A stretch of 63,643 bases of DNA, counting the filler, from Collodictyon triciliatum (taxonomy: Eukaryota), in the NCBI GenBank assembly GCA_043381765.1. It is 5 parts of 5 records of this genome, joined end to end, with 100 filler letters (N's around TTAATTAATTAA, not from the genome) between each part and the next. Parts side by side here need not be neighbours in the genome. Positions count along the whole stretch, not along the records: positions 27,943 to 41,848 come from JBHJMP010001899.1; 4 more parts are not named here. One strand, 5' to 3'. This document shows positions 28,116 to 38,898 of the stretch, piece by piece. A program made the translations under genes and the position numbers. Every line of letters begins with the position of its first letter. Within the stretch, counting starts at the first letter, position 1. Under the pieces are notes generated by a model, which saw only the letters and a program-made list of their open reading frames with translations, was not told the origin of the DNA and made no database searches.

Positions 28116-30073
28116 CTAAGGTGGGATTGTTTCCGACTGGCGTTGCTGAGCCTTAATGACATAGAGGGTTTCTATTCCGGCTGTTCGTTTGAAAGAAATC
28201 TACAAGATATGCGATATCAATGATAAATTATTCCCCAAGGCTCAACAGCAGCAGTGCAAGAATATTCATCATAATCCTTCTCTCTTTTAATTAGGAATTG
28301 ATTTATGTATCGTTTTTTTTGTCTTCTTTTGTTTTCTCTTGTTTTTAACATATAAATCAAGATTGCTGTAAACTTTTGCGGTTAGACCCAAGGACATAAT
28401 CCTGGAAACCAGCCTCTTCGGATTGTTAGAATGGAGGGCCACGAAGTAGAAGAGTCCGTTTGGAGAGAGAGTTTTCTATCGGAGCAGTTAGGATTTAATG
28501 CCGCACTAGATATTTAAATTGAAGAGCGCATTGACATTGAAGCGGAAATTTTCAGAGCCGTCATTTTTTTTAAAAATAAAATAAAATAAAATAAAAAATA
28601 GAAATGGCTACAATACAACAACTGTATAAGTGTTTTGAGTATTAATGAAGGAGAACAACCAATCTGAGACGTGAATACTTCACAGGTAATACATATGAGA
28701 CTACCTTGAGCAAGGGCAGAAGCGCCTCGATACAGGCCAATCCCCCAGATCCACCAGCCCATGTTGCTGCAATGATTCCTGAAGTGTCATCCCCGGAGCG
28801 AATCTTTGGTCTGTAAACTTCAATCCTGGAACCCAAATGTACAAAGGATGGATTTAGTTGTTGTTATTTTCAAAAATAATAATAAATGAATAAACAATAA
28901 GGACATCGCCTCGAATCACAGAATAGTTTTTAAAACACAGAGCAGCTCTGGAGAAGTCTCTGAGTGATGTGTTTCGTTTTCTGATTATTAGAGCAAACAA
29001 ATCGATACAACATATCAGTAAAAGATGGGACAGTTACTCGTCGGTTGGGACATATGGAGGGTTGAAAACGAGCAAGTCCACTTTCCCTTCTAACCTTTCT
29101 AGCAAAGGGAAAATTAAATCTGTTCTAACGAAATCAACATGTACCTACAACAATATTTGGATTTCAATGGATTTTTTTTTTCATGAACCAGTGACCAAAT
29201 GGTGGAAATAAATGGGTGATTAATTTGGGCAGAAAAGAGCCAACTCCTAGCTATCAACTATAGTCAGAGATAAAATGACATAGAGAATGTGGTAGATGTG
29301 CTAGTGAAAGTTTTCTTTTGATTCTGTCCATGAATCATATAATAGCTTTGTTTTGTAATCAGATAAATTATATGAATGGAATCTTTATAATAAAATATCA
29401 ATCCGTGTATTCATACCTCATTCATTTTTGCAGTTCTTTGGGAAAAGTCTAATGCGGTGGGATTAATGTCTGTTGCTATGAAGTACCGATATTGTCCGAG
29501 TAACTGTCGAAGAAAACTGATAACCACACCGGAACCGCATCTTTTGGTGAATAGAGGAAACAAAAGGAATGAATTAAAAATAAACCTAAAAATTAAACCC
29601 ATGTATACTTTGCATAGGCAGAATCTCCTATTAATTTTATAAATAAATAAAAAGAAGAGGAGAGCAAAGGATGGAGAGAATAGTCCAATATTCGAAAGAA
29701 TACTTCGACAGCAACTTTTATGCATCTGTATTACTCCATAACATACATAGTATGAAACAGGAATGATACAAATTTAAAATAGAGAATATGAAGGTACTGC
29801 CCGACGCTTTGGCACTTACCAATTACACAGGATATCTCCCTATATATACTTCCGAAAATTATGAAAAGGAGGGGTATATATGAAACCGACGAGAAAAAAA
29901 AAAAGACAAATATTTCACCCCATTTCTATGCAGATAAGAGGATCGGCCTGTTTGAGAACCGGTTCTTCTGCCTCTAAAGCATCAAGTAGAACAAACGTAT
30001 CTTCTGCGGGTTGGTATACCTGCGCGTAGGGCAGTCGATTGAATAGGGACGAAAAGCACGCTGGATTTTTCAT
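28116..30073 (-). CDS. N6AMT1: HemK2/N6AMT1 (Mtq2) eRF1 glutamine N5-methyltransferase
   Basis: VYQPAEDTFVLLDALE, ICIEMG|CGSGVV, ATDINPTAL, VDLLVFNPPYVPT, ATWAGG, LSPNGLFY, RTAGIETLYV; six GT-AG exons; stop TAG at 28116. Confidence 0.93.
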
Positions 30074-30618
30074 TATTTTTATTCATTTATTATTTTATTT
30101 TATTTTATTTTATTTTATTTTATTTTATTTTATTTTATTTTATTTTATTTTATTTTATTTTATTTTATTTTATTTTATTTTATTTTATTTTTACTTCAGC
30201 AAAGATCACACAAATGTACTAGTGTATAAACCGCTTGTAACTTGCATACATGCTCGGCTTCGTAGTCGGTCGGATCGGGCGTGGCTGGTGTTGGATGTTT
30301 CATTTGGGCGGCAGCAAAGTCAGCTTTGTTTTGGCGAAGGAAGAGGGATTCGGCCTTTCCTGACGTAATAGTGCAACCTTTGGTATCTGCGCTTGTGGTT
30401 GTTGTGTGGGGTGTGATTGTATATATTACCATAATATTTACTAATTTAGGTCTACAAAATCGATATAAATTCCATAAAATATCAACATAAGTCAATAATT
30501 AGGAGAAATATTATAATTTCCAGAAATTCATTTCTGAGACTGTCTGAAGTTCAAGCGCGCGATCAAACAGCTTTGATTCTGGGGCACCAAAGGGAAAAGG
30601 CAGCGAAGAGCGAGCACA
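30074..30618. promoter_or_regulatory. Probable bidirectional promoter / 5' UTR region between N6AMT1 and RPN13
   Basis: Divergent start codons about 545 bp apart; no specific motif identified. Confidence 0.4.
30086..30192. repeat. (TTTTA)n immediately upstream of the N6AMT1 ATG
   Basis: Directly visible. Confidence 0.95.
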
Positions 30619-32658
30619 ATGAGCGAGGACGCGGACGTATTCGTGGTAAGAACTTTGAATAATGATTGTTGCCCCCTTTTTTTCTTCTTTTTTCATTTCC
30701 TTTTTTTAAAATGAAAGAAGCATTCATCACAGTATTTAGTCGCTTGTTTTCCTGCAGAGGGTTGACATATTCGTGTTAAAAGATTATTAGTTTTCCTGCT
30801 GGGAAGCTCGTAAAGAAGGACACTAGCGTAATACCCGATCCTCGAAAAGGAACACTCTCTCTGGTCCAGGTAACATTTTACAATCTCTACACAGATCCCT
30901 CCGTAGGGAAACCCTTTCTTTCTTACTTTTCCTTCTTCTTTTTTTTTTTTGTTTTTGTTCTCTCTCTTTTCAGAGCCAATATTGTAGAACGTTTCTTCTT
31001 CCGTGCTTCACTTCTCTTGAATATATCAGCGATCAGTCTCGCATCATTGTCACACTTGACAGTTAATTTAGAATTAACGAATAGGATGAACATGGATTTC
31101 TACACTTGGAATGGAAAGAAAGAGATGCAGCTTATCCCGAAGACGTAAACATCTATCTATCATATCATATAATGGAGTATACAATCATAGTTTCAAGTCA
31201 AATACAAGCTTAATTTCGACGATAAGATACAATATTGTGGATTATGAGGGGGGCTCGTTATGTATTTAATCTAAGCTTCTAAGATCAGGTATATATGTAA
31301 AAATCATTGTCTAGGATATCGTAATATCGCCAGGTTGCGGTTCCATGGAACGTGTGCAAAAGGTTCTCATATAACCTTACATATGATATATTTGATGAGA
31401 TTAACGCTTTATCTGAATACCGTACACAATTAACTGTGGCATTTTTTCTTTTATGTATTTGTGGGTCCATAACTTTACACTCTTTTTTCTCACTCTCTTA
31501 ATTTTGTTCGTGAGGTCAAAGTATACTAAAATTGAGACTTGAGTTATGATCGCGTATTCAAATTTGTCACCCTTTTCACAATAATAATCATAATAATCAG
31601 GTGAAGGATGGCCGGGTATATGTCTTGAAATTTCCTGACTCGAAAGTTAAGCATTTCTTTTGGATGCAAGACCCGACAGATGAAAATGATGAAGAGAGGT
31701 GCCAAATAATAAACCAGGCAATTTTGGATTCTGCAGATTACGAGACCACAGGTATATGCAAGAGTATAAGTTTATGGATAATTAATCATTTGCATTATAA
31801 TGGTTACACACAACTCTCTCCTGTCATGTAACCCTAAAATTTAAATTAAAATCTGAATTCTAACATGATATCAAGAAATTGATTTCTTTAAACTAAAATG
31901 ATTGCATATTAACTCTATCTACATGTTTGCCTGAACGTTTGTAGATTCTATGAGGTAATACTGTCAATATGTACTGCCTACAATATCCTTCCTAGTGTTT
32001 TTTTTTTCTCTTTTCTCTTTTCCCTCTCTGATTCTCAAGTTTCTCAGATTTCTCTTTCTCCTCCTTATATCTCATTCTCTTACATGTTTTTAAGCCGTTA
32101 ATTCTTTTCTTTTAATAATAAATTTTCTGTCTTCAGTGGAAGTTCAGATACTGGAGAAGACACATTACAAAATTCCGAACTCTCGAATCCACCACAAAAT
32201 TATGAGGAGCAAGCAGATGACAGAATGCAATCATCGCCGGTCGATCACCGTATTGAAGCACGCCCAAGTATGGGATTGCCCCTGACATCAGGTTAGTTTG
32301 ACTGACCTTTTGAAACCCTGTCACATACGTTAAAATTAAGCATGAATATTCTATATTAACTTCCGAGTTAATTGCCGATTCATTTGAATAGGCCCCGCAA
32401 GACCAATCACCAGAGACTCACTAGCTTCCATGTTTGCCTCTATTCGCGTACCGACACAGCTGGACCATGGTTTCTTTTCTTTCTTTTCTTTCTTCCTTTC
32501 TTTCTTCTTTTCTTTTCTTTCTTTTCTTTTCTTTTCTTTTCTTTTCTTTTCTTTTCTTTTCTTTTCTTTTCTTTTCTTTTCTTTTCTTTTCTTTTCTTTT
32601 CTTTTCTTTTCTTTTCTTTTCTTTTCTTTTCTTTTTTTTTCTTTTCTTTCTTTTCTTT

Positions 32659-32756
<98 letters not shown>

Positions 32757-33956
32757 CGTCCTTATGTTCAACTTTTCCAAGTGACAGTATCACATAATCA
32801 TGAGGTTATGTCAACATGTATAATGAGTTGTTTGAATGTATCATGTGGCCAACAAAGGACCTGACCTCCAACGTGTTTTGGACCCTGATGAACTAGACAA
32901 AATATTTGAAGACCCAAGTGTCCTAACCGAACTTCAGGTGCGTACTTATGCTTTAATTAATGATGATTTTCTTCTTGGAACTGCATATCTCATCGGCGAT
33001 GTCTCTTTGATTATTTTATTCTTTTCCGCCCATTTAACATATCTGATGTGGGGAGTTTTTGGGCGCGTGTCATACTAAAACGATGCTATCATAGTCTCTT
33101 CAAGATTTTCTCCCAGAAGGAACCTCATATCAAGAAGTAAACCACCAATAGATAGTTAGAGATTGCATAAGACCAAAAAAAAAAATACATTTTGTCATTT
33201 CTTGTAATTTTGGGTATATACCCACATTTATGGGCTACCATTCATATTAAAACATTTTACTGAATTCTCGAATATATATCTTATTTCACTTGTATAAAAA
33301 AAACAAACATGCTATTATAAAGAAAATATATTCTGCCCTGTGTATTTTTGCTGTTGATTTGGATTTAAATGAAGCATGTTATTAATTTTTTTTACACACC
33401 ACGGAATAATTGAGTAACGCTCGGTGCATAGATTCCCGAGCTTGTTCGTTGCGCTCCCTTCAGGCAATTTCTTGCCAAGCTCAACTATGCCATCAAAAGG
33501 TAATTGCCAGTGTTCCTACAGCAACAACAGAACAAAACAAAAAAAAAGACAACTATTATATGACCTAGCAGTTTCTTATGACCATCTTTGTTTGGGGGAT
33601 GGCTGATGCCCGAAAGAAAGTATGTGTAAAAAGATAATATAGTACGAGTGCCTTCATACAAGTTTTCCTAGGGGATATGGAGCAGAGATTTTGGCCCCGT
33701 TTGGTATCCAGATTCCGCCGAATGAACCAATTGGTAAGAGCAAAGTTATAATCACGACAGACAACCAAATCCATTTGTATTGTTATGCCGTTGCCTTTTT
33801 CGTTGTAACAGCGTTAGTTTCTATATTTGGGGTAGCCACGAATACTGTATGCAGAATTCCAGATACCAACTGACTAGTAGTGTAACATTTGTGGAATCTA
33901 ATTATTTTGCAGGCTTGGTGTCTCTACTCAAAGCAATTGCAGCGCACAAGCGTTAA
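30619..33956 (+). CDS. RPN13: Proteasomal ubiquitin receptor RPN13/ADRM1
   Basis: PRU domain: IISFPAGKL...VIPDPRKGTL, DEHGFLHLEWKER, GRVYVLKFPDSKVKHFFWMQD; C-terminal DEUBAD-like: LQDFLPEG, ELVRCAPFRQFLAKLNYAI; stop TAA 33956. Confidence 0.92.
32470..32757. repeat. (TTTTC)n followed by (CT)n polypyrimidine tract in RPN13 intron
   Basis: Directly visible. Confidence 0.95.
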
Positions 33957-34903
33957 GGGCTGTGGCAATATTCGGCATTTTGATGATATAAATGTGAAGA
34001 GTTTTACAGATTGAAGGCATAACACCTTAAAATATAAAATAAGTCTTGGTTTTGCATATTGCGTGCTTGAGGGAAAGCGGGTTATCTATCGGATGACAGA
34101 ATTGGTTGATGAGGTGATGACTGATGGGGTGGCAGGAGCAAAGTGGTTGTGGGACTATGGATTTCCATTCGCAGAGGAGAACCACAGCAACGTCACAGAG
34201 ACGACATTCGGACGGCTGATTGGGATGTAGGATTACCTGATTTATCGACATGTTCGTCATCCTGTGTCATTAGGTCTGGAATGGGGCGTGGTATACAGAA
34301 AGAAGGTATGAATATCAGCCAGAAACAATCGATTGATACTCATAAGGAGTGTAGTTGCTACAGATGGCAACTGGGTCAGACGAGTTGAACCTAAAATGAA
34401 TTTTGAAAGTTACCATATATCCAGAAGAAGAAAAAGCAGAAGAAATCTGCCGGAAAATGCAGAAATTCAGCAGAAAGTAAAATCCAATAAAGGGAAAGTC
34501 TGAGTCGGTGGTTTTCTTGATTAGGATATGCCTTCTGGATGCCGAAGCCAACACAGAAATTAGTGTGATTTTCCTGGGGCGGAATTGCAGGCGAATTTCC
34601 AATGGTACAGTCAATTTGCTGCGGTATTAATAAACGCTAGTTGGATCATGTTGGATCTCAAAGTAATTTACAGATCATTGCAGGAAGCTGAATACTAGGG
34701 GTTGAGACTGCCCGCTCGAAGAAATATAAAAACGAAAGCAAGACAGGCTGAAAGTGAGCCTCAAGAGCGGGTCTTGACCTTGGCTGGGAGAGGGGGAGAG
34801 AGGGAGAGAGGGAGAGAAGACTGCTGCACCGTGAGCCTTAGGGGAGACAAAAGCCAAAAGACTTACCCACCTTGTTACTACGCCCTAGACGTTCAGGGCA
34901 AAA

Positions 34904-37455
34904 ATGGAGAAAACTACTTCGCTCTACACACTGACCCCACTTCGCATCAGCTGCCCAACCAATCTCGGTAAGCAACAACTCACACAGCGTTCTATTCCAA
35001 CGCCAAGATAGGGAGATATTTTGAAAAACAAAAAAAAATAAAAATAAAAAAGAGAAAGAAAAAAACATCAATATTAGTAAAATGAAGGACACTTGCTGGG
35101 AAGATAGGAGAACTTCAAAGGAAACAAAGAGCTAGTAAATGGGAAGTTGGAGAGTTTTGGAGTGAAGCAAAAGTATATCCGATGGACGGAACACTTTTAA
35201 CAAGCCATCCACCACACCCAACAACCCCAATTGCAGGAACATTCCAGCCGCAGACTGTGCCAGCCTGGAAAGCGGTGGACAAAGATGCGGAAGCGGAGAA
35301 GGCGGCGTCTCTGGAGGAGCTGCGACGGAGTCTGCAAGAGCTGCTTGTGCACGACATTGTGCCGCAGCAATTCGTAGAAGGGAAGGAGGCCGCCACACAA
35401 GCGCAATTGCGCACCACTTTGGAGAAAAGGATAGAGACGGAGACGGAGACGGAGACGGCGACGCAGACGGCGCTGGAGGAGCGGGTGACGCGGGAGGCCG
35501 GGGAGGGGGTTGCGCGGGCGCAGGTGCTGAACCGTGCGCTGTGGCGCAGCCGGGTGACGCGGGGGCTGCACTCGCTGACGTGGGCGATTGTGACGGGGCA
35601 CGACGGGCTGGCGCGGCGGCTGATCGAGCAGGGCGTGCACGTGGGCGTGGAGGACGAGCACGGGCTGAGCGCGGCGCACCACGCGGCGCGGCGGGGGAAG
35701 GTGGGGCTGCTGGAGGCGCTTGTGGCGGGCGGGGCGGACGTCAACCAGGCGGGGTCTGTGGCGGGGGGCACTGCGCTGCACGAGGCCGCACGCACGGGGC
35801 AGTTCGACGCGGCGCGCTGGCTGCTGCAGCACGGGGCCGACGGCACGCGCCGCGATGCGGATGGCTGCACGCCGCTCCACTACGCCGTGCGCGCCGGCCA
35901 CGCGGGCCTGGTGGATCTGCTGTCTGTGGACGGGACGGCCGTGCGCGTGCCCGATGCTGACGGCGCCACGCCGCTGCACCACGCGTGCATGGCCACAGCC
36001 ACAGCCACAGCTACAGCCACACGCGTGATTGCGCTGCTGCTCGCGCGCGGGGCGGCCCTTGGCGCGCAGGATGCCGGCGGGGACACGCCGCTGCACGAGG
36101 CTGCGCTGCACGCGGACGCGACGGTTGCGCACGCGCTGCTGCACGCGCTGCTGACCCACACCCACACTGACGTCAACACGAAGACAGAGACGGAGACGGA
36201 GACGGAGACAACCGCCGGCGCGATTGTGGACACGGCCAACGAGGACGGGTGCACGGCACTGCACTACGCGGCGCTGCTGCCCGACCCGCGGCCGTTCCTG
36301 CTGCTGGCTGCGCACGGGGCCTCGCTGGGGGCCGTGGATGCGGACCACCGGACGCCGCTGCAGATCGCGCCGGCCGCGTGGCACGCGCTGCTGCCGTCCG
36401 CGACACCGCCTGCGCCGCCCGTGGTGCGCCTGCTGCCGCGGCCGCTGCCCCCGCTCAAGGCGCGCGTCGTCCTCACGCACGTGCCGCCCGAGCGCGTCCA
36501 CGTGCGCGGCTGCCCGATCCGGCCGGGCTTTGTGGCCGAGTTCCCCGCCGCGGACGGCACCACGGTGCTTGTGGCTGTGGCGCAGGACGAGCGGTGCCGG
36601 CCGTTCGAGTCGCCGGCCGCGGTGTCTGGGCACGTGGAGCGCGTGCGGGGGTCGCGGGCGGTCTTTGGCGAGCTGGCCGTCCACGCGGGTGCGCACGGGC
36701 GCCTGGTGCACCTGCAGTTCTTTGCCTACGAGCACTACGGCACGGCGCACCAGGCCCTCGTCGGGTTCTCGGAGCGCGTGCCCATCGTCCCCGTGGACAG
36801 CGCTGCCACCCGCCGCGACACGCAGCTGCGCCACGTCTGGGCCGACGCCCACCCCGCAAACGGCGCCGCCCCCTGGCCGCCCCTCGCCGCCGCCCTCCAG
36901 CGCCACGCAGCCGCACAGCTCGGCCCCGACGCACGCGGCCTCGCCCCCGCAGACCTGGACTACCTGCGCACGCGCTGCTGCCCCTCCTCCTCCTCGCCGC
37001 CGCCCCTGTCGACATCCGCACCCACATCCGTCCCCCTCCGCGTCTTCGCCGACACCTGCTGGCCCTGGCTGCACGCCGTCCTCAAGACCCTCGTCCACGC
37101 CCCGGGCGTCCGGGCCCTCTGGAACTTCGGCGCCCTCCACGGCTTCGTCCCCCGCGACCAGGCGGAGGCCCTGCTGCGCGCCCTCGAGCCCAACACCCTG
37201 CTCGTCCGCTTCTCGGACGGCGACCCCGGCGCCTTTGCCGTCGGATACCTCGGCCACGACCTCCGCTCCGTCGTCTGGGCAAAGATCTCCCCCGACCAGC
37301 TGCGTCCCGACCACAACCTCGCCGACATCCTCGCAGACTCCAAAATGCCCCGCATCGTCGACTCTCACGGCCTAGTCCACGACTCCGCCGCCTTCCTCGC
37401 ACACTTCCGCTCCTCCTCTGTCCCTTCCTCCTACGTCACCGTCTTCCAGCCTTGA
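34904..37455 (+). CDS. Ankyrin-repeat protein fused to a Dictyostelium-type STAT module (DNA-binding-like domain, linker/EF-hand-like region, SH2, C-terminal Tyr)
   Basis: 757-aa ORF 35182-37455 with 7-8 ankyrin repeats (GGTALHEAA, GCTPLHYAV, GDTPLHEAA) followed by WPPLAAALQRH, RGLAPADLDYL, WPWLHAVLKTL, LWNFGALHGFVPRDQAEALL...NTLLVRFSDGDPGAFAVGY; a phase-compatible first exon 34904-34967 (GTAAGC donor, TTGCAG acceptor at 35236) is likely. Confidence 0.88.
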
Positions 37456-38624
37456 CTCTCGTCTTCCTATACCTCTGCACCATACCTCACGGGCCGGGCT
37501 CACAAAATCCTCTCGGCGCCGTTCTGCTTCCTCCCCACCTTCCATCTCTATCTTTTCATTGAATCAGTCACAAAATCTCCTTTAGCTTCTCTCGTCTTCC
37601 TCTCACGCGATGCCCATCGACTAAACGCTCCATTATACACTCATCTACAAATATCTGAGTATTGCTGATGTGCTGTGCCAAGCAGCCCCGAATACGCATT
37701 GGTCGTGCCCTCCATCTCTTCTTCACCAATCAGCCTTTGGCACACAGATGACTGCACAGCCCGTTCCTTTTCCACCATTTATTACACTTTTGTCCCTTCT
37801 GCAACTTGGTGTCGTCTCTATGGTGCTCCCCTTTGCTGGTCTCGCGAACGAACAAGCTCCTCAAATGCCCCTACTACCGCATCTCCTTCTGCGTTCATAC
37901 GAAAATACATAACGTCATTAGCTAACCCTATCTAAAAAATAAAATAAAAAAAAAAAAGACAGAAAAGCCAACACTCTCAAATTATTGTGCGGTTGGATTG
38001 AATTCTAGACAAAAAAATAAAATAATATGAATAATAAATCAAAATTCATAGGCGGCATATGTCATCCCTTCCTTACGTTTTCATCACACAAATAATAAAT
38101 GAATCATAAAACAAAAGCGAGTGTACTCATTATTGATATCATAATTATTCCTTTTTTTTTTTAAAAAAAAAAATCAATTGTCAATAATAAAAACAATGAG
38201 TCACCAATTTTTTTCCCTGTCTCCAAAAAATAAGCGTCTGCCATGAGCTTGTTAATATGCGAGATTTGTCGAGATTGTTCCTGGGGGTAATGATATAGTT
38301 TCATGGTATATGTAATCATAACAAATATATAAAACAAAAAGAAGAGAAGCCTCATCCATGTATTAATATTTATATCATGGCAATTTCATTTCAGCATTTT
38401 TTTTGAGGGTATATTTTTCTTATTCTCCTTATTATTATTATTAATGAATCCAATAACAAACTTTATATTCGGCACGAATTCGATGTTGTGAGATGAATAT
38501 AGACTTTGAGAATTCCCGCTACAAAATAAATAAATAAAAACGTACATTCTAATCTGTAAATATGAAAGAAGTGTCTGTTCTACAGACGCATCATAATCGC
38601 CTTATAATATAATATTGAACTCCA

Positions 38625-38748
38625 CAAAACCAAAACCAAACAAAATCCAATCAAAACCAAACCAAAAACAAAAACAAAAACAAAAACAAAAACAAAAACA
38701 AAAACAAAAACAAAAACAAAAACAAAAACAAAAACAAAAACAAAAACA
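38625..38748. repeat. (AAAAAC)n microsatellite
   Basis: Directly visible. Confidence 0.93.
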
Positions 38749-38898
38749 ATGCATATGACAAAATGAGGTTGTAAATGAATGAAAGTTCGGAAACCTCCCA
38801 ATATTAAACCTTGATATTCAGAACATAAAATTAATAAATGGTCGACATGAACTACATATCACCAAATCATCCTTACGAAATTGCAGCGGCTTAGAAAC

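Noticed and set aside
31983-31991. ATATCCTT U12-type donor-like motif
   Set aside because: Inside an ordinary GT-AG intron and not needed for the RPN13 frame; the introns I traced were GT-AG or GC-AG
32372-32864. KEKKR/RERE and FSFLF ORFs
   Set aside because: Translations of the intronic (TTTTC)n/(CT)n tract within RPN13
34027-34620. Short ORFs between RPN13 and the ANK-STAT gene
   Set aside because: No consistent splice model or recognisable motif
35197-37562. Long antisense and alternate-frame ORFs (723 aa minus, 437 aa and 383 aa plus) overlapping the ANK-STAT gene
   Set aside because: Expected shadow ORFs of extreme GC3; Arg/Gly/Pro-rich with no domain motifs
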